A stretch of DNA of 63,655 bases, the filler included, from Pelomyxa schiedti (lineage: Eukaryota; Protista; Evosea), in NCBI GenBank assembly GCA_020536535.1. It is 11 parts of 11 records of this genome, joined end to end, with 100 filler letters (N's around TTAATTAATTAA, not from the genome) between each part and the next. Parts side by side here need not be neighbours in the genome. Positions count along the whole stretch, not along the records: positions 27,470 to 32,372 come from JAHLWZ010001546.1; positions 32,473 to 35,057 come from JAHLWZ010001949.1; positions 35,158 to 37,309 come from JAHLWZ010002105.1; positions 37,410 to 39,274 come from JAHLWZ010002232.1; 7 more parts are not named here. The stretch is one strand, 5' to 3'. Each line of letters opens with the position of its first letter. Within the stretch, counting starts at the first letter, position 1. Below are positions 27,818-39,274 of this stretch, piece by piece. Under the pieces are notes generated by a model that was not told where the DNA came from, did not search any database, and saw only the letters and a list, made by a program, of their open reading frames with translations. The position numbers and the translations under genes are program-made.

Positions 27818-28077
27818 ATGAATTTGCAGCGTGTGTTGGCCGGGGCTCCGTCCCCGATGCCACCTGCCGAACACGTTGTGTGGGCGCGAGATCAATTAGT
27901 GGCGATGTGCTCCGGGGGAATTGTGGGACGTTGCGCGTCCGTGTCTCCGTTGCGAGTGCTGCCACACCACGTGTTGTGCCACGAAATCGGGAGAAACTGG
28001 ATCATGGGTGTGCAGTGATTCGTGGGGGGTGGTGTACCACCCTGGATGCTATACCGTGGAAATGTGGCCGCGGGGTG
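27818..28077 (+). pseudogene. Truncated, internally deleted inverted paralog of the adjacent gene
   Basis: HVVWARDQLVAMCSGGIVGRCASVSPLRVLPHHVLCHEIGRNWIMG matches the 28890-29030 region; 28005-28077 is an exact reverse complement of 28534-28606. Confidence 0.8.
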
Positions 28078-29098
28078 TGTCAAAGTCATCAGTGGAGAAA
28101 ACCCTCAGCGTGTCATCCAGGTTGCTGTGGGCTACGAAATGGCGCTCATCAACTTTGACAGGATTGCCAAGAAAGCTGCTCCACACACATAGACGGGTTT
28201 TCAGGGCCACCAGTTGATAGGTGCTCCCAAAGTTTCCCTCCAGTTTGTATTTCTGTGTTGCCATGAAGCCGCGCTTCTCAGACCAGTAGACACCCTTGCA
28301 CACAGAGTCTAGTGTGAACGCCGCGGTGACTGAAAGCACCCCCAGCTGGTATGATTTGTCCAAGTCAACAAACCACAGCAGGAAACGCTTCCACTGACCC
28401 TCTTTATAGATAGACACCACTCCCTGGTTCCCGGCAAGTAAGTCCATCCACATTACTTCCTCGCTACGGGCCGCAGGAGTCTCCACATTCCTCACACACG
28501 TTTCATTCAGAACATTCGCACTGTTCTCCAGACCACCCCGCGGCCACATTTCCACGGTATAGCATCCAGGGTGGTACACCACCCCCCACGAATCACTGCA
28601 CACCCACTTTGTTTCTTGTTCAGTCACGAGCTGCAGCTTGGCCACCACCCTGCCGTCCTCGCAGTCACAAATCAGCCCTTTATTCCACTTGCTGACTATG
28701 ACGTGGGCCCTATCTGCCCACCAGCGTGCCCTCTCTCTGCTGCGACCTGTCATACCAACTGAATCGATTGAAATGACACCCAGTGTGTGTGACACTGTAA
28801 CGAACCACGTCGTTGTCTGCGTGTCTTCCCATAATAGTTTTGTCACCTTGGTATCGCTACTGAGGGCGACCCTGCCGCGGCAGCGGGATCCCATGATCCA
28901 GTTTCTGCCGATCTCGTGGCACAGCACTTCTGGCGGCAGCACGCGAAGCGGCGAGCGCGAGCCGCACCGTCCCACAATGCCGCCTGCACACAGCGCCACA
29001 AATTGGTCGCGGGCCCACAAAACGTGGTGGGGAGCGGGCACGTCACTCTGGGGTGCCTTGACCCCAAGGTACACGGCCCTGCACGAGGTGAAGTCCAT
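28049..29098 (-). CDS. Intronless member of the expanded unannotated family (ARDQ..RCG N-terminal motif), 3' end rearranged
   Basis: About 350-aa ORF with WARDQFVALCAGGIVGRCGSRSPLRVL and VTVSHTLGVI motifs. Confidence 0.7.
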   Translation of the reverse strand: MDFTSCRAVYLGVKAPQSDVPAPHHVLWARDQFVALCAGGIVGRCGSRSPLRVLPPEVLCHEIGRNWIMGSRCRGRVALSSDTKVTKLLWEDTQTTTWFVTVSHTLGVISIDSVGMTGRSRERARWWADRAHVIVSKWNKGLICDCEDGRVVAKLQLVTEQETKWVCSDSWGVVYHPGCYTVEMWPRGGLENSANVLNETCVRNVETPAARSEEVMWMDLLAGNQGVVSIYKEGQWKRFLLWFVDLDKSYQLGVLSVTAAFTLDSVCKGVYWSEKRGFMATQKYKLEGNFGSTYQLVALKTRLCVWSSFLGNPVKVDERHFVAHSNLDDTLRVFSTDDFDTPRGHISTV

Positions 29099-29177
29099 TC
29101 TCGGAATCAATCAATTGGGAAAACAAAAAAACCGTTATTTGTTTCAACACAATGGACAATAGACAATAGAACACTGT

Positions 29178-30949
29178 CTAGAGTGAATCGCTCTGGGGTG
29201 GAGACTTGACAAAGGAAAACACAGCATGTAAGCCTGCGATGTTTGAGCCGCAATTAGGGGACAATAACAGGGCGACACACCTAAAAATTTCAAGTCATCC
29301 TCGTCGGGCTTCTCTTTGTTGAGGTAACTTTTCAGCTCCCCTGAAAATGTGCTTCTGTACTCCTCATAAAATTCACATAGGTTGGTGATTTCACACAATT
29401 CCAGTCCCGCTCTTCTTGCTAGTCTATTTGCGGGATTTTGGGTTAGTGCTTTTATTTTGGGATTTGGTTGGTACCCGATCCAAGAAGAAAAGCGCGCAAA
29501 GTAACACCATCGGGATCCAGTAGGAGGTTTAAGCTCAATTGGTTGATCAATCTTCCATGGATTCCCAAAATCTGTGAACTTTTCTTGCCGTAGGAGCACT
29601 CTGAAAACCTTTCCGGCAACAACTCGGGAAAACGCACCATCTTTTTTCACGGTCTGCTCCCTGATACAAATAAATAATTGGATTGAATAACTAACGGGAA
29701 GCGCACCAGAATTCAGAAGAATCAGGGACAATGCCAAAAAATAGTCCGCCAACGCGTATATGCTTTGCCACATTGTTGAGGAGGTTGAAAGCTTGATCCT
29801 CAGATTGAAGGCTACTTTGCACCTCAAAGCAAGCAGCGGCGTCGAAGTCACGGCGTGGAATGACCAAGCTCTCCTTTGTTTATGGTTACAGGTATGAGAT
29901 AACGTTGGCGGATGTGTGCCCGACTGTCATTGGATTGTTGCATATAAATTCGCTTTGCACAGTTTTGTTGCGGATTTTCCATATTTCCGTTGCTTGCCGA
30001 AGAGATTCGGAAACGGGATCTGAGGGATTTTAAAATGGAACAATTCATCATCTGGAAAAATACCAACTCCGAAATAGGTTCCAACCTGTGACCTTCCCCA
30101 TCTTCCACAATCCACACCTGAAACATTTCCTTTTCGTTAAAAAAAAGCAACTTAATGAGTCCTGCCCAAGGAAGCATACACACCGGTTCCAACCAGAACA
30201 TCGAGGACAGAATCGCCAGGCAGTACATTGAGAGCCATCAGCACACTCTTTGCCCACCTCATCACCAGCAGTGCCTTGATGACAGGTGTTTTGGTCACGC
30301 TGCTGCTCACCACGCTACTACTGTATCCACCATACACACCCCCACTCCCTCCCACCCCCACAGTCCCAGTCCCAGTCCCAGTCCCAGTCCCAGTCGCAGC
30401 CGCAGTCGCAGTCGCAGCGACAGTGGCGCCCCTTGCTCCGCTGCCACTCCCTGTCCCTGTCCCCGTGCCCACTCCCTGTCCCTGTCCCTGTTCCCCGCTG
30501 CCGCTCCCTGCCCCTGCCCCCGCCCCCGCCTCTGCCTCCGCTCCCCCGCTTGCCGACACTGCTGCCTCCGCCTCCTTGTCCCTGTCGCTGCTCGTTTTTG
30601 GTGCAACTGACACAGCCGTGGTGGCGGTGGTCGTGGTGGTTGCGTCCACGCCCATTTCGTCCGGTTGGATTTCCGCTGAGCAGCTGTGGCCCCCGCCGCC
30701 GCCTTTGTCGCTGCTGCCGCTGGTATGCTCCCCCCGCTCCTCCGCCACCACCGCCGCCGTCGGTGCCGCGGTGCCGAGGCGGCCCGCGTTGTTGTCGTTT
30801 CCTCCAATGGGTGGCCCCTCCCCCTCCTCGCCGTCCCCCGGCGGCTTCGTTGCGGCGCTGTCACCCATCATGGCGTCGCCCTCGACTGTCCCTAGTGCTG
30901 GGACTCCTTGCGTCGTGGTGGTTGGTGCTTCATCGTGCGTCGTGTCCAT
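29178..30949 (-). CDS. mRNA cap guanine-N7 methyltransferase-like protein (RNMT/Abd1 family)
   Basis: WAKSVLM..DSVLDV.VGTG; FDAAACF..AFNLLNNVAKHIRVGGLFFGIVPDSSEFW; RLARRAGLELCEITNLCEFY; GLHAVFSFVK. Confidence 0.8.
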
Positions 30950-31150
30950 CCGCACGTTTATCACCAAAGCCCAGATCTAAAAGTGATCGGAACTCCATCA
31001 GTGTTTTACACAACAAATCCGACATAGCATCGAGTTGTTGTTGGGGATGGTGTGTGCAATGATTGGGGTGTTATTTTATGTGGCCTTCGACAAGATGCCG
31101 AACTCATGAGGTTCAAGTTGGCTGTAATTACTGTAATCACAGGCGGTGTG

Positions 31151-32372
31151 ATGGCTTCGCCCAAGGTCAGTGTTGTTCCATTGATTTAGCGACCCATGGA
31201 CGCCGCCTGCGAGGATGGAGACTCGTGTCCACCGGATGATGACGTAGTGGTACGGAGATTGCTTGTGCGTTGGTTCAGTGACAATTGTTGGCCAGGGGAG
31301 ACGCGATTTGTTGTTGGAAATACAAAAGCTGAAGGAAGAAAACAAGGCGATGAAAGAACAGGTACGGCCCGTGGCTACTAATAAAAAGACTTATATACGA
31401 AAATAATTCCTTATGGGCAAACAACGAAGCTGGCTGAGAACCAGAAGGAATCACTGGGAATGGAGGCTGTCCTCACTTGTTTGCGTGATAAACTTGACAT
31501 AAGTATCGTTCTTACCTTGTCTCTTACCATTATGGTGACCAAAATGTATTATCCCCAAAGAAAAGCAGCTGGTGGCAAGAGAAAAAGCAGTTTCAAATCA
31601 ATTGAAGGCATGCTTGCAAGGTTCTTTGAATGATTGAAATCCAAATTTGATTCATTTTACCACAGATGTACTGCGATCACTCCCCACACAAACTCCTTTT
31701 TTTGAAAGTGGCAGAACTCATCTTCATCAGACACCGGCAGTGTTAACATCATCTGCCAGTGGCACGAGAAGTTCAACAGCAGTATTGTTTGCCAAGCCAT
31801 TTTCGGAGACCCCAAGGATAACTGCCTGGGTTTCTCAAATGAATTCCAATTCAACCATCCACAAGATACCTCAGTCGTCCATCTCCAATGTATCAAGAAC
31901 CGGATTTCAAGTGATTCCTGGGCCTGACTGGGTGAGTGTGCCAACTTTATGTGTGACTCACGTTGTCCAATGAAGGAGAGTGAGTTTCACGTGGATTGGT
32001 TGGCTTTTGCCCAACCCGTCGTTGATGGCAAGCTGGCAGGGCTCATACAACTGATCGAAGCCTCTCCAGCCACACTGACTCCAGAATTGGAAAGAAACAT
32101 CTCAAGTTGCCTTGCACGACCTGGTGGAGTTGACCAAGCTGATATGACCGGGACGACACTTCTTCACGCTGCCGGGTACTGTTGACTGTCGAAATACATA
32201 CGCTCTCTCATAACAACCTCTCTTGGGCATTTCAGACATTCTGGGAATTTGCCTCTTGTGAAGTGGCTTCTTGGGAAAGGTGCCAACTTGGAAAGCGCAG
32301 ACAAGCACGGGTGGACTCCTCTCCTTTCCGCTCTCAGCAATGGGCACACTGATGTGGGTTTTCGTTGATATC
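31151..32372 (+). CDS. H-type lectin domain plus ankyrin-repeat protein, 3' truncated
   Basis: VLFAKPFSETPRITAW..NVSRTGFQV..W..FHVDWLAF (H-lectin-like); GTTLLHAA..GNLPLVKWLLGKGANLESADKHGWTPLLSALSNGH (ankyrin). Confidence 0.75.
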
Positions 32373-32752
32373 NNNNNNNNNNNNNNNNNNNNNNNNNNNN
32401 NNNNNNNNNNNNNNNNTTAATTAATTAANNNNNNNNNNNNNNNNNNNNNNNNNNNNNNNNNNNNNNNNNNNNAAGTACAACGAAGGGGCGAGGACCCCGA
32501 ACACCACAACGAGAACCAGAATGACGACAACAAGCGGCCACCGGTTCATGTGTATGGCACAAAATTTTCCACAATTCCAACTGTAATTCCGCCGGCGGTC
32601 CTCTTCCTCGAAAGCCGGGGGTTTTTTGGGGTCCGCCGGAAGAAATTGGGGCTACACCGGCGGGCGCTGATCACCCAAATCATCATCCAAATCAACGAAG
32701 TTGAGTTGACTGATTTGCCGGGAACCTCCTGTGAACGAAAGGAAAGTATTGC

Positions 32753-32990
32753 CAGTGTTTTGGGAGAGTTCCCCGATGGGAGGGTTTTCGGAGAATTTTG
32801 GGAGTGATTTGGGAGATCTACTACCAGGCTCTGTCTGACTCAGCCGTTTGATCGTTCCCCCGAAATTGTTCTTGATTCTGTTGATAAGAAGTCAGTGCTG
32901 AGAAACGGGCAGACTGGGGATTGATGATCAAAAAGACTGAGGGAATCATTCTCCCCGAATTCTCCGATGGTCGGGTTTTTTACAGCACTG
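32753..32990. mobile_element. Non-autonomous hAT-type element (MITE), 238 bp
   Basis: Ends CAGTGTT...AGCACTG; perfect 8-bp TSD AGTATTGC at 32745-32752 and 32991-32998; subterminal inverted motif TCGGAGAATT. Confidence 0.82.
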
Positions 32991-33247
32991 AGTATTGCAC
33001 CTGGATCGGAGATGTTTTTTGAGCTGTGAGAATCCGAAAGTGGCAAGTAATCGGTGTTCCCTGTGTGCCCTTCCTAAGACGAACAAGAGTTCATGGTTGT
33101 TATTGTGTTGTGAGAGGTCGCACTGACCAGTGGTTTCCATGCGGTGGATATCACATTACCAAGTGCCAACACAGTGTTGAAATCCTCACTTTTTTAACAT
33201 AACAGCACGAGCAACCCAAGCCAGGCCAAAAAAAGAAGACAAACACC

Positions 33248-33568
33248 CAGTGTTGGCAGGAACCCGGGAAAACGGGACACGGGAAGAGAATTTGGGCGGG
33301 TCCCGCTCCCGGGAAATGAGTGGGTCTTCCCGGCTCTTCCCGATCTGCTAGAGAAATCTCTTATTTACTTCAAAGTCCTGAGGAACAACGACGGCGAGGC
33401 AAAGGACAGAGTTGAGGAACCAGCTGAAAAGAAAACCTAATACAATAGTGGCCATGTTTATAGCCCCACAAGCTCGGCGCTCGTGGCACCACGTGGCATC
33501 CCAAAAAGACGCCCTCTCTTCCCGGGACGACCCGGGAAGCAAAAAAAAGTGTTTCCCGGCCAACACTG
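33248..33568. mobile_element. Non-autonomous hAT-type element (MITE), 321 bp
   Basis: Perfect 10-bp TIR CAGTGTTGGC/GCCAACACTG; perfect 8-bp TSD CAAACACC at 33240-33247 and 33569-33576; many subterminal CGGGAA/TTCCCG motifs. Confidence 0.9.
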
Positions 33569-33648
33569 CAAACACCTTCACAAACAACACAAATCACTGA
33601 TTTCTTCCACAAAGAACCAAAAGGATAAAGTAATAACTCAACACTTTA

Positions 33649-35057
33649 TTACCCACGGTTTACTGTGTTTAGTGCATTGGTTTTTTTTCCAAAAGACTGG
33701 GTACTGGGAGTCTGTAGACAATTTAAAAAAAAAAAAAAAAGAGAACAAATCTGTACGCTGTACCTTGTTCGTAATTAACCAGATTGTACAGAAATGGTTT
33801 GTAAAATCCCATGTTGATTGCCACAATATCGGACACTCTAAAGTAATTGGAATGGATTGTTATCAACTTCTTTTGTTTGAAAGCAGCAGAATACACACGT
33901 ATACAAGGCAACAAAAAGGAGAAGCTTGGAACTTTGTGCACGGAATGCAACACCAAGGAATTGGCCATTTAAGGTGTAGAAAATAGTGTTGTTTGCCATG
34001 TCAATGCCACAACCTACCACGTCACCTGGCAACTTGTTTGTAAGACGAAACCAAATAATAATATTGCGGTGTTATTAATACACACCCGGCCCGAAAAGAG
34101 GACCCCAGCCAGAGACTCCAACGGGATGGTTGTGGTAAATGTTTCCAATGTCTCCATGATACCTAGAAATGGGGTCAAAACCGCCAAGGAGCTCATACAC
34201 ACCCATAACTGTCATTAGGTTCAAAGAACCAGCCTGGGTGCCTGAACATTGCTTCTTTTGCATTTAGAACACCTTTTCGCGAGTTAACAACCAAGAAGCC
34301 ATGAAAAAAAAAAGGGGACAATACCAAATCCTATCCCCACAGAACAGTTCGAAATGCATCTTATTTCTACTTCGTAATAGCAAAGCTGGTGTGAACTTGG
34401 AGAGGGAAAGGGCGCCAGTGGGGTGCTTGATGTGATCACCCCCGATGTGTACCTATTGCTTGGACAACTGTTCACGTATACGAAGCGATAGAATCCCGGT
34501 GCGACATCATTTTCATCTGCCACTGCATTTCCATTGGATTGTAACACGTCTGCTCTCTATACAGATGGCAGGTTTTGCAGTGCTCAAATATATTTGAACC
34601 TCATACCATGGGGTGTGGTACTTGGAAAAAAGGTGAAGTCCGAACCAGTGCAGCTATCCACGTGACAGCGCCCTCTCCAGTGTGGGTGCCAACACCAAAC
34701 ATAGCCCTCCAAGCCCGGCAGACGCGAGACACGGATGTCAGGTCCTTGAACCACAAGAACTGACAAATATCTCCCAGTATAATAGAAAAGACCTTATTCC
34801 TCAACTCATTGTGTGGACTTTCATTACCAGTCCCATTATCGTTTTCTGCCACAATTCCAGTGTTTCTAAGAATGCCCGGAACTGTCCCCCAAGGCGCCCC
34901 GGAGATACAAGCCAAAGAGCAGCAGGACGAGGGGAACGCGGAGTCCTCGGCCGAGACGAGGCAACCGACCAGGGGCGTGGCCAGGGGCGCCACGCGCCAC
35001 CTCTCCACGAGCCCGTGCGCCACGTAAGGGTCTCGCTCCACAAACTGCCTCACGTCC
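33649..35057 (-). CDS. F-box plus SPRY (RanBPM-like) domain protein, 5' truncated
   Basis: IILGDICQFLWFKDLTSVSRVCRAW (F-box); YYEVEI..VGIGF, YHGDIG, GPLFGPGDVVGCGID..IFYTLNGQFLGVAF (SPRY). Confidence 0.82.
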
Positions 35058-35157
35058 NNNNNNNNNNNNNNNNNNNNNNNNNNNNNNNNNNNNNNNNNNN
35101 NTTAATTAATTAANNNNNNNNNNNNNNNNNNNNNNNNNNNNNNNNNNNNNNNNNNNN

Positions 35158-35585
35158 GAGGAGGAGGAGGATGAGTACGACGAGGAGTAGGACATAGACC
35201 GTGACGACGAAGAGTCGGAGGACGAGTACGACATAGATTGGGACGATGAAGATCCGGAGGAGGACGAGTACGAAAGAGGGTGGGACGACGAAGACCCGGA
35301 GGAGGACGAGTAGGACGGCGAGTACGAGTAGGACTCGGCGGCAGCGACGGGGCTGGGCCCAACGGAGACGACGAACGCGGATGCCACGACGGCGGCGGCC
35401 ACCACGAGCGGGAGGAGGAGGTGCTGGCGGCCGCGGCACAGCGGGGAACAAAAATGTGAGGATCGAAGAGAGTGCGAGGAGGAACAACTTTGTGTTGATC
35501 TACAAGTGCATGGGGAGTTGACTAGTACTGCTGTATTGTTGTTGTTGGTAGGAGGAGGATGATGTACAACGAGGGTAGTAGGCAT
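35158..35585 (-). CDS. Signal-peptide/TM protein with Ser-rich repeats (SYSSSSGSSSS), 3' truncated
   Basis: Hydrophobic LLLPLVVAAAVVASAFVVSV followed by repeated Ser/Tyr units, open to the contig end. Confidence 0.5.
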
Positions 35586-35781
35586 GTGGGTGGGCACTGG
35601 GTACTACGAAACGGCGAGGTCGTTGGTGTGGTTTCTCTTTTATGTTTGATTGTTTGTGCATGTTTGTTGGTTTTCCGCACGTTTACTTGTGCGTTGCGAA
35701 CTTCTTTAGTCGAGGGTACCCTGTGACAAGATTTCGACGAAAGGATATTTGATTGACGCAGATGGACAGAAAAGGTCAGGA

Positions 35782-37309
35782 TCAGGACTTGAGGGAAGTG
35801 AGGACAGCCTCGAGGAGGGTGGTCGCCTGTGCGAAACCTGTCATGTGTTTGTTGTTGTGGTTGTGAGTGAGTCAGTGATTCATTCACAGTCTGCCTTGTG
35901 GCCAGGTGAATGTGCAATTGTGTGGTGAAAAGCGGGGAAACATACTTGGCCTCTTGTGATAGTCCTGATCCCAGCAGCCAGTGATGATTTCAGCCAACTC
36001 GGGCGGGATGCCCTCGAGTGACATTCTCTGTTGGTTGTGTTGTGTTGTGTTGTTGTTAGAATAGCACAATGTGATCGCGTTGCGGGGGGTGGAGGTGTGA
36101 AAGCGGACCTGCCCGGACAGAACAAACTCAGTGATTTCTATGTGTTTGTGTCAGATTGGAAAACTGAGAGAATGAATAGGGCATACTCCAAAGGGATTTG
36201 AGGTCGCTGTACGGTTCACTCTCGGAAATCACTTGGTACATCAAAACTGCAAAACTGCACATTGTTTTGTGCCATTCGAATTAATTGAGAAATTGGGACC
36301 GCAGTGTGGGAGATACCTATATACATCTGCACTTTGTTTGTACTGTCCGCAAACAGGTTGGTAATATCTTAGTTAATATCCGGGTCATAGTTAAAAAACT
36401 TACTTTTCCGTTTGAAAGAAGCTCCTAAAAAAAGGGTTGGTAAAATTTGGGAGGGAGGGAACATATACTGGTGGCATGTATGTCGGGGTTCCAACCTGAG
36501 CAGGAGTGTAAGCGGAAGAGAAAATAGAGACTGGGAATTTGATAAGTACTCACCCCAACTGTGTAGGCTTGTGTTTGGTTGGTTTTATCTGTGTGTGTGC
36601 AGATGTGTTAAAAGTAGGAAAAACGGAAAAGGAAAGGTTATAGATACTGATGTCTCTGCATGTTCCAAAATCTTTTTTAAAGAATTAGCCGACAACGTAA
36701 AATCTACCAAGAGCGGAGAGGAGATATATAGATACCGGTTATTTTACAATTTACAGTGGCACCGACATCCAATGACGCCACCTGAAACTTGTGAGTATTT
36801 TCGCAGGAGGTGCCCCCTCAACAAACCAACAAATTATCTGGCTTCAAGTCCCTGTGCAAGAGACCAGCCTGATTGTTGTGTGAAAACGTATTTAGTTTAA
36901 GGGTCGAGACTGCCAACATCACACTGTTTGGGGACAACCTTGTGAATGAAGCTCATTCCTTGAATGAATTGAGATTGAGACCAAAAAAAAGAGTTGGGGA
37001 AAGATTGTTGCGAGTAAGGTGAAAGGAAAAAGCCGGCAATAGTGAACAGACACACCGGTTGTGCAGTCAATGAGACACTTGACTTTGAGTGGCAGAGAAA
37101 AGGTGTTGGTTTTCATGCATGAGTGCAAATTGCCAAGCGGGAAGTATTCCTTTTTTATTTGTGAGCTTGTGTGTGCTATTACAAAGGTATATTCATCAGG
37201 GAACAAATGCTCACCGTGACAATGCAAAATTTGCCTGTTGTTGGTTGAAACAAAGGAATAAATATATGAGTGAGAAAAAAAGAAAAAAGAAAAGGGATAC
37301 CAGGTGTCT
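35782..37309 (-). CDS. TKL protein kinase, C-terminal part, multi-exon, 5' truncated
   Basis: CIVTEYFPLGNL, LHRDLKPDNLL, DFGTCR, GTPTYMPP, KADVYSFAVLM, IITGCWDQDYHKRP. Confidence 0.85.
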
Positions 37310-37811
37310 NNNNNNNNNNNNNNNNNNNNNNNNNNNNNNNNNNNNNNNNNNNNTTAATTAATTAANNNNNNNNNNNNNNNNNNNNNNNNNNNNNNNNNNN
37401 NNNNNNNNNTGTTTGTTGTTGGGTCACATAAGTGAAGGACTGCCTTTTCGCGATCATAATCGTCACTGGTTCCCGTGGCGGAACTTGGTTTGTCCCCTTG
37501 CATCATTGTCAGGCTCCGCAACAAAATGTTCGACGCCTGCTGCCACATAAAAGAAGCGTCACAAATTGCATTGTCTTAAACTAACAATGATCTTGTTTCA
37601 CTTACCTCGAGGTGCCGGTGCCGTTTCGTTTGTTTTCTTTTCTACAGATTTTGAACTAGATCATTGTTAGTTTGATCAAACGGGTCCTTACATGAAGTAA
37701 AGACGGTCTGTTGCCTGAGGAATACCTTACGGTGTGGTGTGTTGCCTTTCCTTCATGTTCTTTTGAGTCTCGATCACTTCCGATAAAATCTGGCCAGAAT
37801 CTGTTGGTAAG

Positions 37812-39274
37812 ATGCAGGGAGGCGGTGCCGGGAGCGGGAGCGGGGCCCGTGGTGGGGGAGGGGGGTGGAACGGGTGGCGTGGGCGGGGTGGGGGCGGGGG
37901 CGGGGCACGCCGGGCGACTGTGATCACGGGGGGGCTGACCAACATACGGTGGGGGGACGCGGGCGCGGGCGCGGGTGGTGCATCGACGGCGACGGGGGTG
38001 GGCAGGGGGCTCATGGGCGGCAGCACCCTGTCTCGGTGCCCACTGGGTGCGTGCGTGCCTTGTGTTGGTGCTGTCGCTGTGTTGTTGCGGATGGAAATTT
38101 GTTTGTTTGTTTGTTTGTTTGTTTGTTTGTTTGTTTGTTTGTTTGTTTGTTTGTTTGTTTGTTTGTTTGTTTGTTTGTTTGTTTGTTTGTTTGTTTGTTT
38201 GTTTGTTTGTTTTTTCCCCTTCCTTTGGCTCACTTACCAACTAAATAAGAGGATGATATCGAGGATGTGGATGAGGATGAGTTTTGCTCTGTGAGGGCTT
38301 CAGCGTGGTCAAAAAAGCCATTCATGAGACCTGATAAGCTGGCAAATGAGCCCCAGCAGAGGCTGGATGACAACCAATTCAAAGAACCTCCATTGCCACC
38401 ACCCAACAACCAAAAGACTGGACACCCACTGCTTTCTCTTATCCCAAAATCTCACCAGCCTCCAGGTACACCACTACAAACACATTTGCTGGCCCACTTC
38501 CCTCCACAACCACAGCTGCAGCCACAACCGCCACCACAACACAAGCCACTGTCACATCCACAGGCACAACCACAACTGCAATTGCAACCACATCCACAAC
38601 TGCAACTGCAGCCACAGCCACAAGAAAAGCCACAGCCACCACTCTCTAAGACGCTGTCACACCCACAAGAAAAGCCACAACCACAACTGCAATTGCAGCT
38701 ACAGCCACCACCAAAAACAAAACCGCAACCACAACCACAACTGCAGCCAAACCAACAACTACAGCATAAATCAGTTCAACAGCCCAACGAGGGACCAGTC
38801 AGCCAACAGGTAAATGAAAAACCACTACCACAGCGACAACACCCTGGTCTGCATCCACAGTCACCCCCAAAGCACCACCAACAACAAGGAACTCCAGCAA
38901 TAGGAAATGTGCCCTTTACTTCAATAACACCTATCAACACTCCACCTACTGGTGGGCCGGTGCGTTCAACCACACCCATTCAGATCAATTTAAGTGAAGA
39001 TGAGTCACAAGTAGCTCTCGATGTCAAAACAAAAATCCTTCCTGCACAGCAATCAGAACCCACAAAAAACCCCATAGAAGATTCAACAGTAAATGGCGTG
39101 TAACCTTTCTCAAATAGCACTTAATCTCATTAGCTAATGCAGCCTTGAGTTGTGCAAGTGACACGTTCGTCATTGATGACGACCTTCTAGCATGTATTGA
39201 CGAAATGGACAAGTTCGATTCTAAGCCACAATCGACTCCTCTCTCTGCCACAAGGGAACAAAAGGTGAACGCAC
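37812..39274 (+). CDS. Hypothetical low-complexity protein (Gly/Arg-rich N-terminus, Gln/Pro-rich region), 3' truncated
   Basis: Gly-rich first exon, an intron (~38047-38249) holding the microsatellite, then a 278-aa Q/P-rich open frame. Confidence 0.5.
38098..38213. repeat. (GTTT)n microsatellite, intronic
   Basis: About 28 perfect tetranucleotide units. Confidence 0.97.

Noticed and set aside
35158-35345. Acidic plus-strand frame with in-frame TAGs suggesting stop-codon reassignment
   Set aside because: It is the antisense shadow of the Ser/Tyr-rich minus-strand ORF, and other genes end normally at TAG.
37656-38294. ORFs with KQTN or LFVC repeats
   Set aside because: These are translations of an intronic (GTTT)n microsatellite.
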